Position numbers and translations under genes: made by a program. From an uncultured Christensenellaceae bacterium (GTDB lineage: Bacteria > Bacillota > Clostridia > Christensenellales > UBA3700), in NCBI GenBank assembly GCA_944381315.1, contig CALWKR010000020.1:1-55209 (forward strand): a stretch of DNA of 55,209 nt, written 5' to 3'. Shown piece after piece: positions 10,301 to 19,524 of the stretch. Every line of letters starts with the position of its first letter. Within the stretch, counting starts at the first letter, position 1. The notes beneath the pieces are model-generated. The model was not told where the DNA came from and searched no databases. It saw nothing but the letters and a program-made list of their open reading frames with translations.

Positions 10301-11672
10301 AGCTGAATTCTCCTGCCGTCACGACGCTCGCGTCGTCGTCATAGGCAAAGCCGCTCAAAGAGATCTCGGGCGTCGGAGATTCGCCGTACACGACGTCGCC
10401 GACTGTGATCGTCATGGTCAAAGCCTTGGGAACGATCGAGAACTCGCCCTCGCCGACCATCACTTGATAGTTGGTCAAAGCGGACACGTCCGCGCCTATC
10501 GAATAGTCGCCGACTGCGGGACTGTCGCCTATCGGCGAGCCGTCTGCGGTCTTGTAGACGAATGTCATCGTCTGCGACAGCGATGCGGCGTCGTCGCCTA
10601 TCCAGCCCAATATCGAACAGGACGCTTCGGGGAGCGGATCGCCGTAGATCACGCTTGCCGCATCGGCAGTCACGCTCACGCTCAAAGGCGCCTTGGCGAC
10701 TTGCGCGTCGGCGGCAAAAGTCTTGACATCGGTGATGACGACGTCGCCGACGGCATAGCGCGCCTCGACTTGCGCCGAAAGCTCTGTCTCGCCTGCCGCG
10801 GCAAAGACAAAGTCGGCGTCCGCCGTGCCGTCCTGCCATTGATATTTGAATTCCAGATCGGGGATCTCGGGCAAGATCATGCCCACACTGCCGCCGTAAA
10901 CTGCGGCGGCGACGTCGTCGGAGTCTATCGCGACGCCCGTCCAATCTATCGCAAAAGCCGCGACTGCAGTCACGTCGTGCGACGGCATTGCGGCGTATTG
11001 CTGCTGCAGCGGGACGCTCTCGCCGTCGACGTCGACGAACCAGCCGACAAACGTCAAGCCCTGCGGCGCGACGGGATCGGCAAGCATGATCTCGGAGCCG
11101 TACTCAACGCTGTCGGACGACTTTGCGCCGAGCACGTCGGCAGTGAGCTGATAGCTGTCGATCGAGTATTGGGCGGTGACTTCGGTGCGTCCGACGATCT
11201 CGTCGAACGGCTTGTCCCAGCCGACGAACGTGTAGCCGTCGTGGCTCGGAGCTTTGGGCGCAGTAGCCGCGCCGCCGTATTGCACCTTGACCTCGTCGAT
11301 CGTCTCGCCGCTCAGTCCGTCCTTGAAAGTGACGGTGTATGTGGGCAGCCGAAGATCGCCCTCTTCGTCTCCGTCGTCGACTTGCTCGAACACGGCATAG
11401 TAAGTCGCCGCGGCGCTCACAGTCACCGCAGAGAGATCGACGACGTCGCCGTTCTCGTCGTCGCTCCAACCGACAAAGCGAGATCCGTCCTCCGCGACGG
11501 GATCAGTCTCGGGGAGCGGCACAGGCTGACCTATCTCGGCCTGAATGACGGCGAAGGTCTCGCCGTCGCCGACGAATGTGATCGTGACCTCTGCGTCGTC
11601 GACAGACTCGCAGCCAAACAACGCGCACAGCGAAAGCGCGATGACGATCATCGCGATCGCGAATTTTTTCAT
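7302..11672 (-). CDS. 1456-aa lipoprotein with InlB B-repeats, MBG-like repeats and a C-terminal beta-helix-like region
   Basis: Lipobox LFG-C; B-repeat motifs FVGW (P..DGYTFVGWDK); MBG-like YG...P......G...GDD.....G...NY repeats; GGAGG RBS. Confidence 0.85.
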   Translation of the reverse strand: MKKFAIAMIVIALSLCALFGCESVDDAEVTITFVGDGETFAVIQAEIGQPVPLPETDPVAEDGSRFVGWSDDENGDVVDLSAVTVSAAATYYAVFEQVDDGDEEGDLRLPTYTVTFKDGLSGETIDEVKVQYGGAATAPKAPSHDGYTFVGWDKPFDEIVGRTEVTAQYSIDSYQLTADVLGAKSSDSVEYGSEIMLADPVAPQGLTFVGWFVDVDGESVPLQQQYAAMPSHDVTAVAAFAIDWTGVAIDSDDVAAAVYGGSVGMILPEIPDLEFKYQWQDGTADADFVFAAAGETELSAQVEARYAVGDVVITDVKTFAADAQVAKAPLSVSVTADAASVIYGDPLPEASCSILGWIGDDAASLSQTMTFVYKTADGSPIGDSPAVGDYSIGADVSALTNYQVMVGEGEFSIVPKALTMTITVGDVVYGESPTPEISLSGFAYDDDASVVTAGEFSYPDMSASGLLDVGEHKVTASGWSASNYTIADAESDFNVTVATLTITPVTASRIDYGDEPSVFMSYLGIVQGDDFDDAVTGDADYVIVDAQGEQAPQGLLPVGDYSVVMSGLSAANYIIEYQTASLSVEPYRAAIRASSTVNAGAAWSKSDFAPTLPDGHSFVGTLTMSGADVGEYKYALHEDMFDWTVEPRVVSDGEDVTDNFVFEIDVVVSVEAIPFGIGQIDDFEAEYNGNAIALGNGIVVNNAPEGLTIVYGLSEDAMTESVPTATDAGDYTVYYAISAPNYQDYSGRYNARISPAQNAIETIGEWGTYSWGETIDWRSNVTAKFGTVELSDGSSAIVDSVGKHSFTLVVAESNNWTDAELTVSVDTIKALYDESDVPTDVFANDDIVAGADKTLADIVLNEGFAWTYPSESYAVGANKSVELTWCGDPQHYEPYPLTVDFDARKERLTVTVANTFEIEYGAALPELSLAYTSVDESGVVRELPSQMITVSSDRVNTAVGGTYPIDLTLDGTMDFYEPVFANGTKSAIVPIKIKSVKVGDALYTIEDALNVATDGQVIIAHDTSFAHPDVRDIAYVGDGYRTIKSGVELLVPFSADYTNSAKDTVSNSAGVTADPYVLLTLPEGTHLVVNGTLRAHAQRATVGGSYSGSPVAHGDIEVQEGATIVAESGSSTYVYGFIYGDGELTFKSGSNLYETFNLYGWKGGSISVAIMRKVFPINQFTLNSLIAKSTIESGAQYKASAVVDAAGIQTADVDFVSDTSDAFMQLDSGKLVKYVDEKNGDVHFDLYGSSTFNNLSVSISSIYNMSTEGLQVPLAGHFKLSVKDGSTATIPADVQIKMLPGAELVVEQGATLNVSGNLYGLSDGNFTLPSDKTTWVDGTLNRGYPHSIFAKTHRITPTPSYTTSSAATLVVGGTVNVNSGSVFAIGTYGEDGGKLVVNSGAELSGTIKEDYATSLFDSSTYDITFTAKLENKSGDGYAPADVTAGKTYVCTQGVWA

Positions 11673-11826
11673 GGTCGATTACCTCCAAACGATCTTTGCC
11701 GCCAACGGCGCCCTCTCTGCCATACCTATCAAACTTGCACCATATGCAAAATTTTGCGTAAATACGCAAGCGAGCGCGCGCCGTCTTTTTGCACAAAGAC
11801 GGTGCGCACAATATTTTTCTGTTATG

Positions 11827-11855
11827 AATATATCTCTGAATAATGATTTTGTCAA
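11827..11855 (-). promoter_or_regulatory. Sigma-A promoter of the surface/ABC operon
   Basis: TTGACA-N17-TATATT; ~150-nt 5' UTR containing a hairpin at 11776-11807. Confidence 0.7.
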
Positions 11856-12470
11856 GCTTTTTTCGGTACAAAAGTATTGATTTTCAAATTTTCTTCTTGT
11901 TATTTTTTTAACACAGATATTAATGGTTATATTTACGAGAATTTCTCGTACCAAAACGGAGTTTGCGGACATATTTTCTCTTTTTGCGACAAATTTTGAA
12001 AATCGGCGAAAAATGTCGAAAGGTAAGCTGAAAATGTACCGAAATAAGTACATTGATGAATATTTATACATAATATCGTGAATTTTTATCCACGATTATA
12101 GCCTCCGCCATGCACTAAAACGGAAAAATCGGTCCGTCGCTCGGCGCTCCGTATACCGTCTTTTGGTTCTATAAGTTTTATCTGTTAGTTTGTACCAAAC
12201 AACGCTGCCTTGCAGAATATCTCATTCCACCGAACGAGTGCCGTTGCAAGTGCCGACATTGATGTCTCCGCGCGCCTATGCGCTGTCATAATGGACTATT
12301 TTCGAAAATATTGCGCTTTCGCGCCGCTAAATGAAAAAATCGGCGCAGCTCGGGCAAAAAATACATTAAAATTAAATCATTATTTTCGTCGAAAATATTC
12401 GCGCATTAGTGTTGCGCGCCAAAATTATTTATAAAATTTGCGCCCCGCTCTCGCGAGGCGCCGACGGTCG

Positions 12471-13664
12471 TCACACCTTTTTCGGTTTGCGCGCTCTGTT
12501 GCCGCTCCCCCTCTTGCGCCGTCTCGGCGGCTCGGGGACAACGATCTCCTCAGGCAAGCTCGTCTTGGGCGCGCGCATCTTGCGCTCTCGCACCTTGGGC
12601 TCGCGCAGATCCAATTCCGGATCTACGATCGGGGGCATATAGACGGGATCCGTGTTCTCGGGCTTGTGCGACAGATAGAGCCTGCGCACGGCGAGGACTT
12701 CGTCCTTGACTTCGCTGACAAGCTCGGTCGGCGCGAGGACCTTGACGTTTTTGCCGAATTGCATGATCCATATCTTCATCGCGGACGGGCTGGCATACAC
12801 CGAGAAGTACGTGTCCTCGTCCCTCTTCCAAATGTCCACGTTGGAACCGAACGTATCGATGACAAAGTCGATCATCGACGGCGGCGCATACGGCGTCGTG
12901 CGGAAGACGACCTTGACGGGATCCTCGACATAGAGATAGGGCGACGTGTTGGAGATCTTGCCCAGATTGATCCCTCTCTCGCAATTCTTGACAGTGTGCA
13001 CGTCGCGTACGGGATCTTGCGTCTGCCTGATGTATGTGATCTTGTCTATGCGGCAAAATGCGAGATTGTCGTGCCTGTCAAAGTTGCAGACGACGTAATA
13101 GTGCCCGTTCTTGAAAAAGAGCGCGTACGGATTTACGATATCGGGAGCGCTGTGCGTCGGATGCAGCCGCTTGTCCGTGCCGTAGCGATTGTAGACGATC
13201 GCGACCTTGACCTTCTTTTCGATCGCCTCGCCGAGTACTTCGATGTTGAAGAAGAAGTCGCGGTTGTCCTCTTTGCGCCAATCGTCGAGATTGACGACTC
13301 CCTCCGCGTAGTTGTGATAATATCTGCCGCCCTCGGCGACGAGTTTTTTGATCAAGTCGCGCGTATATTGGACGCAGACGTTGCGATTGGCGAGCAGCGA
13401 ATCGGTCAGCAGTCTGAGCTCTCCGTGCTCGAATCTGCGCGAAGCAAGATAGCACCCCCTCTTGTCCGCGACGATGTCAAAACCCGCGCGCTGCAAAAAA
13501 TCGATGTTGCGCGCGACCGCCTTCCTCTCGCACTCTATGCCGTAGAGCGACGACAGCTTCTCGATTATGTCTTGCTGGCGAAGCTTGTGATCGGCGTCCG
13601 AGTATTCGCCGAGCACCTGCAAAATGCGCAAGATGGTCAATTTTTTCGGTTCGAAATCTTCCAT
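12471..13664 (-). CDS. wHTH-WYL-WCX transcriptional regulator with a basic C-terminal tail
   Basis: KKLTILRILQVL.EYSD.DH.L.QQDII..L...YGI.CERKAV.RNI HTH; VNPYAL....GHYYVV...FCRIDKI WYL core; GAGG RBS before MEDFEPKK. Confidence 0.9.
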   Translation of the reverse strand: MEDFEPKKLTILRILQVLGEYSDADHKLRQQDIIEKLSSLYGIECERKAVARNIDFLQRAGFDIVADKRGCYLASRRFEHGELRLLTDSLLANRNVCVQYTRDLIKKLVAEGGRYYHNYAEGVVNLDDWRKEDNRDFFFNIEVLGEAIEKKVKVAIVYNRYGTDKRLHPTHSAPDIVNPYALFFKNGHYYVVCNFDRHDNLAFCRIDKITYIRQTQDPVRDVHTVKNCERGINLGKISNTSPYLYVEDPVKVVFRTTPYAPPSMIDFVIDTFGSNVDIWKRDEDTYFSVYASPSAMKIWIMQFGKNVKVLAPTELVSEVKDEVLAVRRLYLSHKPENTDPVYMPPIVDPELDLREPKVRERKMRAPKTSLPEEIVVPEPPRRRKRGSGNRARKPKKV

Positions 13665-13721
13665 ATGTGCCTCTTTCTCTTTAGTGTAACACATTGTGCG
13701 TACCAAAAAAGCCGCAATAAT

Positions 13722-13750
13722 ATTATAACATGGCACTATGGTTTTCGCAA
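13722..13750 (-). promoter_or_regulatory. Sigma-A promoter of the WYL gene
   Basis: TTGCGA-N17-TATAAT with extended TG. Confidence 0.7.
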
Positions 13751-13768
13751 CTTATTTTTCAAAGTTTT

Positions 13769-13795
13769 GCGGACGGGAGATTCTCTCCCGTCCGC
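13769..13795 (-). terminator. Hairpin after the GH35 gene
   Basis: GCGGACGGGAGA-ttc-TCTCCCGTCCGC. Confidence 0.65.
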
Positions 13796-13824
13796 ACGCG
13801 TTTTTATTTACGAAAATTTCTCGT

Positions 13825-15567
13825 TTAGCCCAAATCGGGTCTCGAATCTATCACGACGCTCCCCTTTGCCTTTTCGAGCTCGAGAATGACAATCTCGTTG
13901 TCGCCTTTGAGCAGACTGCCCGGCAGATAGAGCGCCCTCTGCGGCCCGATCTCCCAATATCTGCCGAGGTTGAAGCCGTTGACCCAAACGACGCCCTTGC
14001 CGAAGCCCTTCATATGCACAAAGCAGTCGCCGTCGTTGTCGGCGCGGAACTTGCCGCGCAAGAACAGAGGATAGCGCTCCGAGCCGCCGTATTTGACGCC
14101 CGAGACGTCGTCGAGCGGCAGCGTCGTGACTTTGAAATTGGTCAAGTTTTGGTTGATGAGCCTCATTCCCGAAACGCCCTTGCGGTCCTTGATGTGCTCG
14201 CCGTAGTTGACGTGCCCCATCACGTCGACGAGCAGATCGAAGCGCTTGACGCCGCTGAACGGCGGTATGATCGCCGCAGGCTTGCCGTACAGCTTGGAGA
14301 CGGCGTCGCTCTTGCGGTAGTCGAACGTCTTGTGCAGCGCGCCGTCGACGAACAGATAGCCGCGGTCGCGCAGATCGTCAAAGGTCATGAACGAGCGGCA
14401 ATATTCGCCCTTGACGTCGACGGAATAGAGAATGAGCCCCGACGACTGCCCGTAGTGCTCCATCGGCTCGGGCACGGGCGAAAAATGCTCTTCGCCCAAC
14501 ACGTCCAAGTTGTCCCAAAGACTGCCCTTCTCGTCCAAAGTCACCGTGCCGACGTCTTGCAGCCGCGGCGACGGAGGCAGCTGCCCGAGAGGCTCGCCGC
14601 TCGCGTCATGCAGCATCTTGCGCACCGCGTGGTAGTTGGGGGTATAATCTCCCCACTCGGTCAGCAGAGCGCCGTAGTCGTAGCTCGTCACCGTGGGCTG
14701 ATATTTTTTGGCATAGTTGGCGCCGGCGGTGAAGCCGAAGTTGGTGCCGCCGTGGAACATATAGACATTGAAGTTGATGTCGTGATCGAGCATATAGCCT
14801 ATCTCTTTGACAAACTTCTTGTTCTGCCTGTGATGGACGTCGCCCCAATGGTCGAACCATCCGCACCAAAACTCCATGCACATCTTGGGCATCTTTTCGC
14901 CGAATCTGTCCAGCGACGAAAACGCGCCCGCGGCACCCGATCCGAAGTTGAGAGTCTTCCAGACGCCGTCCATCGCGCCTCCCGACAGCATCCAGTTGTC
15001 GGGGCCGTCCGACGTGAATCTGAGCACGTCGACGCCGCACTCGTCCAAAATGCCGTTTACGGCGGCGAGATAGGACTTGTCGTTGCTGTAACTGCCGTAC
15101 TCGTTCTCTACCTGCACGGCGATGACGTTGCCGCCGTTGCAAGCCAAGCGCTTGCCCACTCGCGAGAACAGCTCGCGGAAATAGTCGCGGACGTGTCCGA
15201 CAAAGACGGGATCGTTGCAGCGCAGCCGCACCGTGCCGTCTCTCAGCAGCCATGCAGGCAGTCCGCCGAGATCCCACTCCGCGCAGATGTACGGTCCCGG
15301 ACGCAGGATGACGTCCAGTCCGAGCTGCGCGGCCTCGTCGATGAATCTCTCTATGTCGAGCCGCCCCGAAAAGTCGAACCGCCCCTTGCGCGGCTCGTGC
15401 AGGTTCCAGCAAGTATAGGTCTCCACGGTGTTGAAGCCGGCGGCTTTGAGCTTGCGCAATCTGTCGCCCCAATACTCGGGCAGAGTGCGGAAATAGTGGA
15501 TCGCTCCCGACCATATCCTGTGTCTCTTGCCGTCTTTGAAAAATTTGCCGTCGTCGATAGTCAACAT
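13825..15567 (-). CDS. GH35 beta-galactosidase
   Basis: SGAIHYFR, GFNTVETY, LRPGPYICAEW, QVENEYG, MEFWCGWFDHWG, YMFHGGTNFG, TSYDY, NLGRYWEIGPQ. Confidence 0.95.
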   Translation of the reverse strand: MLTIDDGKFFKDGKRHRIWSGAIHYFRTLPEYWGDRLRKLKAAGFNTVETYTCWNLHEPRKGRFDFSGRLDIERFIDEAAQLGLDVILRPGPYICAEWDLGGLPAWLLRDGTVRLRCNDPVFVGHVRDYFRELFSRVGKRLACNGGNVIAVQVENEYGSYSNDKSYLAAVNGILDECGVDVLRFTSDGPDNWMLSGGAMDGVWKTLNFGSGAAGAFSSLDRFGEKMPKMCMEFWCGWFDHWGDVHHRQNKKFVKEIGYMLDHDINFNVYMFHGGTNFGFTAGANYAKKYQPTVTSYDYGALLTEWGDYTPNYHAVRKMLHDASGEPLGQLPPSPRLQDVGTVTLDEKGSLWDNLDVLGEEHFSPVPEPMEHYGQSSGLILYSVDVKGEYCRSFMTFDDLRDRGYLFVDGALHKTFDYRKSDAVSKLYGKPAAIIPPFSGVKRFDLLVDVMGHVNYGEHIKDRKGVSGMRLINQNLTNFKVTTLPLDDVSGVKYGGSERYPLFLRGKFRADNDGDCFVHMKGFGKGVVWVNGFNLGRYWEIGPQRALYLPGSLLKGDNEIVILELEKAKGSVVIDSRPDLG

Positions 15568-15745
15568 ACTTTCTCTCCTTGGGCGACGCCCTGCGTAGAT
15601 ACTATCATATTACCATGATCGGGCGCGCCCGTCAAGCGCAGATCCGCGCGCTCTTGCACCGCCTTGAAAACAAGAATTTTGGCGCGCGTGTCGTTACGGT
15701 GCAAAAATCACTTTGCGCCATCTCGGCAAGATCTCGGCTTTGAAC

Positions 15746-15773
15746 AAAAAAATGCCCGTGCAAAGGCACGGGC
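15746..15773 (-). terminator. Intrinsic terminator after the second ABC permease
   Basis: GCCCGTGC-cttt-GCACGGGC followed by a T-tract on the minus strand. Confidence 0.7.
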
Positions 15774-15790
15774 GACGACGCCTTGACTTG

Positions 15791-17482
15791 TCAAGGTTCT
15801 ATGTCGCGAAAATCGCGGTCGGCATGCCTGAGAGGCAATATGCCCATCACGATGAAGGACGTGATCGAGACGGCCGCCATGGGCAGCCATACGATCAATT
15901 GCACCGCATACGGCGGCAGCGCCGCGCCGGCGAACGCAACGATCATCGCAGGCAGTCCCGCGACGAGACCGAGCGCTACGCCGATGATCATCATTATGAA
16001 GTTGGTGCCGCTGTTGGCTGCCTTGGTCAGCTCCTTGACCGTCACCCAATTGAACTTGGGACGGCGCAGATCGCGCGACATCGAGAAGGTGTTGCAGCCG
16101 ACGAGATAGAGCGCGAGGAACACCGGGAACAGGACATAGGTATACCACGGCAGAGAGATCGCGAACGGCAGTACGATCGCGACGAGCGCCACCGAGATCA
16201 GCGACACCGCGTCGGCGATCGCGAGCTTGGTCAGCACCATGTTCCTGCCCGAGATCGGCATGCTTTTGAGCGTGCAGATGTTGTCCTTTTCCAGCGAGAA
16301 CGCGTACGACGCGCAGATGTTGGACGTCGGCGACGAGATCATCAGCGTCATCGCGATGAGCCCGATCGTAAAGTAGCCGATATAGTCGAACATATCGAGC
16401 GTCGCCTCGGGGTCGTCCGCGACGAGTTCCTCCGCCGACGGCATTATGAAACACATCAGCGCCGCGATTAGCACGGGCATGAGCAGCGTCAAAAGCAGGT
16501 TGACGAAGATGTCGGGCGAGCGCGCCATCGTCTTGAGCTGAGTCATGACGAGCGACTTGGACGCGCTCCTTTGGACGACGGTTTTCTCTTTGGTACGGCG
16601 CTTTTGAGCGCCGCCGCCGTCTACGCTCATCGAGATCGCTCTGCGATAGAGCAGCACGGACAAGCCGAGCGCTGCCGCCGCCATCGCGACTGTTATCCCC
16701 AAGAACGCGAAGAAGTTGCCTGCCGACGAGAAGCCGAGCATCGCGTCCGCCAAAAACGCCGTATAGAACGAAACGGAGCCGAGAGCCGTGAAGGCGCTCG
16801 TGTCCGTCTGCCCTTCGCCGCCGAGGCTCATAGTGCTCGAATAGCTGAAAAAGTAGACGACGCCGACGAAAGCGAGGACGAACACCGCCTGCAAGATCGC
16901 GGAGATCATGGGCTTTTTGGACAGCTTTTGCGCGAGCATCGCGATCGGGAAAGCCACGACCGACAAGATCAAGAGCGGCATCACCGGCAAAAGCACGATC
17001 GCGAACGGGATCAAGATCCAATATTGGGCGCCGAACAGATGCCCGTAACCGCCCTGGATGCCTGCCGCCGCCGTGACGATCGTGATCGGCAGCACTACGA
17101 TCGCGCTGACTACGAGCTCGTTGAGATAGGTGCACATCAGCTTGGACGCGAACACCTCGACGCCGCGCACGGGCAAGTTGAGGACGATCTCGTTGTCCTT
17201 GGCGAAGAAGATGGACGAGATGTAGGTATAGATCGAAAAGAAGATGACCAGCACCTGCGACATCGTGAACACGCCGGCGAGCAGCTGCGAACACATCCCC
17301 ATCGCAAGCATCGCCTGCGCGGCGAACCACAGCGTCATGCAGATCATCGCCAGCGGCGCAAGGAACGCGACGAATGTCAGCGCGGCGAGCGCGATGAAGC
17401 GCGTCCGCGACTTCTTGCTGTCGAACTTGGGCAGCACATAATATTTCAGATTGAGTTTGAGAAGAGCGGCGAACTGTTTCAT
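15791..17482 (-). CDS. ABC exporter-type multi-pass permease (starts MKQFAALLK)
   Basis: Many TM segments; IFFAKDNEIVLNLPV and FSLEK.....LKSMPIS motifs; ATGA overlap with the ATPase. Confidence 0.85.
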   Translation of the reverse strand: MKQFAALLKLNLKYYVLPKFDSKKSRTRFIALAALTFVAFLAPLAMICMTLWFAAQAMLAMGMCSQLLAGVFTMSQVLVIFFSIYTYISSIFFAKDNEIVLNLPVRGVEVFASKLMCTYLNELVVSAIVVLPITIVTAAAGIQGGYGHLFGAQYWILIPFAIVLLPVMPLLILSVVAFPIAMLAQKLSKKPMISAILQAVFVLAFVGVVYFFSYSSTMSLGGEGQTDTSAFTALGSVSFYTAFLADAMLGFSSAGNFFAFLGITVAMAAAALGLSVLLYRRAISMSVDGGGAQKRRTKEKTVVQRSASKSLVMTQLKTMARSPDIFVNLLLTLLMPVLIAALMCFIMPSAEELVADDPEATLDMFDYIGYFTIGLIAMTLMISSPTSNICASYAFSLEKDNICTLKSMPISGRNMVLTKLAIADAVSLISVALVAIVLPFAISLPWYTYVLFPVFLALYLVGCNTFSMSRDLRRPKFNWVTVKELTKAANSGTNFIMMIIGVALGLVAGLPAMIVAFAGAALPPYAVQLIVWLPMAAVSITSFIVMGILPLRHADRDFRDIEP

Positions 17483-18213
17483 TTCCCCTCCTGCTCCTCC
17501 GTCAGAGAGAGGAATACGTCTTCGAGCGAACTGTTGGCGCGGATCTCGTCCAGCTCGTCGATGCCGAAGTCGGCGATGATGCCGCCGTTGTCGATGATCG
17601 CGACGTGATCGCACACCTTCTCGACGACTTCGAGGACGTGCGAAGAAAAGAACACGCTGTTGCCCTCTTCGCAATGCTTGCGCATGAGCTCTTTGAGCTC
17701 GAACGCGGACTTGGGATCGAGTCCCGTCATCGGCTCGTCCAAGATCCACAATTTGGGGGCGTGGATCAGCGCGCCTATCACGCAGATCTTTTGCTTCATG
17801 CCGTGCGAGAACGTCTTTATGTCGCTGTCCCACGCGTGCGACAGCTCGAACATCTCCATGTACATCTCGCCGCGCGTCTTGCGGTCGTTGGCTCCCACGC
17901 CGTAGATATCGCAGATGAAGTTGAGATATTCGCGCGCGGTCAGCTTTTCGTAGACTGCATGGTTGTCGGACACATAGCCGAGCTGCATCTTGGCGGCTAT
18001 CGGATCCTTGGCGAGGTCGACGCCGCAGATCTCGATCGTCCCTCTCTCATAGGGCAATATGCCCGCGACGCACTTGATCGTCGTGCTCTTGCCCGCGCCG
18101 TTGGGGCCGAGGAAGCCGAATACTTCGCCCTCCTTCACGTTCAGCGAAACGCCGTCCACGGCAAAGCGGTCGCTGCCGCGATAGCGCTTGCCGAGATCAG
18201 TGATGTTCAACAT
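17479..18213 (-). CDS. ABC transporter ATP-binding protein
   Basis: GPNGAGKST, FSHGMKQK, WILDEP, SSH. Confidence 0.95.
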   Translation of the reverse strand: MLNITDLGKRYRGSDRFAVDGVSLNVKEGEVFGFLGPNGAGKSTTIKCVAGILPYERGTIEICGVDLAKDPIAAKMQLGYVSDNHAVYEKLTAREYLNFICDIYGVGANDRKTRGEMYMEMFELSHAWDSDIKTFSHGMKQKICVIGALIHAPKLWILDEPMTGLDPKSAFELKELMRKHCEEGNSVFFSSHVLEVVEKVCDHVAIIDNGGIIADFGIDELDEIRANSSLEDVFLSLTEEQEGK

Positions 18214-18225
18214 AACTCCTCCGTG

Positions 18226-19518
18226 TCATCCCTTGTTTTTGCGTATTTTTTTGGCTCTCACCAAATTTTTTTCTTCGCCGTTGGACGACGGGCGATATAT
18301 CTCCGCCCCCTCGAGAGACTCGGGCAGATAGCTCTGCTCCACCCATCCGCCGAAGTCGTGCGGATACTTGTATCCCGTCTGCGGCGCGCCTGCGTAATGC
18401 GTGTCGCGCACCGCAAGGGGGACGTCGTCGTCCTTGTGCTTTTCGACCAGCTCTTCCGCCGCCTCCAAAGCCTTGATGACGCTCGGCGACTTGCTCGCCT
18501 CGCACACATATATTATCGCCTCGTACAGCGGTATCTTGCCCTCGGGCATCCCCAGATTTTTGAGCGCGACCAGCGCCGATACCGCGACCGTAAGCGCGCG
18601 CGGATCCGCCATCCCGACGTCCTCGGCGCTGTGCACGACCGTGCGCCTCGCGATCGAGAGCGGATCGCATCCCGCATGGATGAGCCGCTCCGCCCAATAG
18701 ATCGCCGCATCGCTGTCGCTGCCCCTCAGCGACTTGCAGAAAGCGGAGAGCATATCATAGTACATCCCCTCGTCCACGCTCATCGCCTTTTTTTGGATGG
18801 ACTGCTGCGCGGCGGTCAAGTCGATGACGATCTTGCCGTCGCTGTCGGGATCTGTCGTCAGCGCCGCCATTTCCAGCGCGTTGAGCGCGTTGCGCAGATC
18901 CCCGTCCGCCGCCCAGACAAAGTGTTCGAGCGCCTTGTTGGTGATCGTCAGATCCAAGTTGCCCAGTCCTCTCTCCTTGTCGGCGGCGGCGCGCAAAAGC
19001 GCCTTGCGCACGTCGTCGGGCGACAGCTTTTTGAACTCAAAGATCCTGCACCGCGACACTATCGCGCGCGTCATATTGACATTGGGATTCTCGGTCGTGG
19101 AACCGATAAAGACGATGTAGCCCTTCTCGATCGCCGCGAGCATGCTGTCGGACTGAGCCTTGTTCCAGCGATGGCACTCGTCCAGCAACAAATAGGTGCG
19201 CCTGCCGTACAGCTCCAAGTTGTGCTTGGCGTCCTCTATGACGCGCTTGGCGTCGGCGACTCCGCTCGACACCGCGTTGAGCTGCACGAAGTCGGAGCCC
19301 GTCGTCCCGGCGATGATCTCGGCAAGCGTGGTCTTGCCGCAGCCGGGCGGACCGTAAAATATGCAGCTGCCCAATCTGTCCGTCAAGATCGCGCGGCGCA
19401 GCATGCTGCCCTTGCCGACGATGTGCTCTTGACCGACGAACTCGTCGAGCGAGCGAGGACGCATCCTCTCGGCGAGAGGGGCGTTGCCTTTGATGTTGAG
19501 ATCGAACAATGAGTCCAT
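18226..19518 (-). CDS. rarA: Replication-associated recombination protein A (MgsA/RarA AAA+ ATPase)
   Basis: PLAERMRPRSLDEFVGQEH, YGPPGCGKTTLA, LDECHRWNKAQSD, GSTTENP, SAFCKSLRGSD, YKYPHD. Confidence 0.95.
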   Translation of the reverse strand: MDSLFDLNIKGNAPLAERMRPRSLDEFVGQEHIVGKGSMLRRAILTDRLGSCIFYGPPGCGKTTLAEIIAGTTGSDFVQLNAVSSGVADAKRVIEDAKHNLELYGRRTYLLLDECHRWNKAQSDSMLAAIEKGYIVFIGSTTENPNVNMTRAIVSRCRIFEFKKLSPDDVRKALLRAAADKERGLGNLDLTITNKALEHFVWAADGDLRNALNALEMAALTTDPDSDGKIVIDLTAAQQSIQKKAMSVDEGMYYDMLSAFCKSLRGSDSDAAIYWAERLIHAGCDPLSIARRTVVHSAEDVGMADPRALTVAVSALVALKNLGMPEGKIPLYEAIIYVCEASKSPSVIKALEAAEELVEKHKDDDVPLAVRDTHYAGAPQTGYKYPHDFGGWVEQSYLPESLEGAEIYRPSSNGEEKNLVRAKKIRKNKG

Positions 19519-19524
19519 ATCTTC

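Noticed and set aside
11673-11826. Riboswitch in the surface-operon 5' UTR
   Set aside because: Hairpins are present, but I recognised no known aptamer consensus and there is no U-tract terminator on the sense strand.
12471-13664. WYL-associated anti-phage defence island
   Set aside because: No recognisable nuclease, restriction-modification, CBASS or BREX genes flank it in this window.
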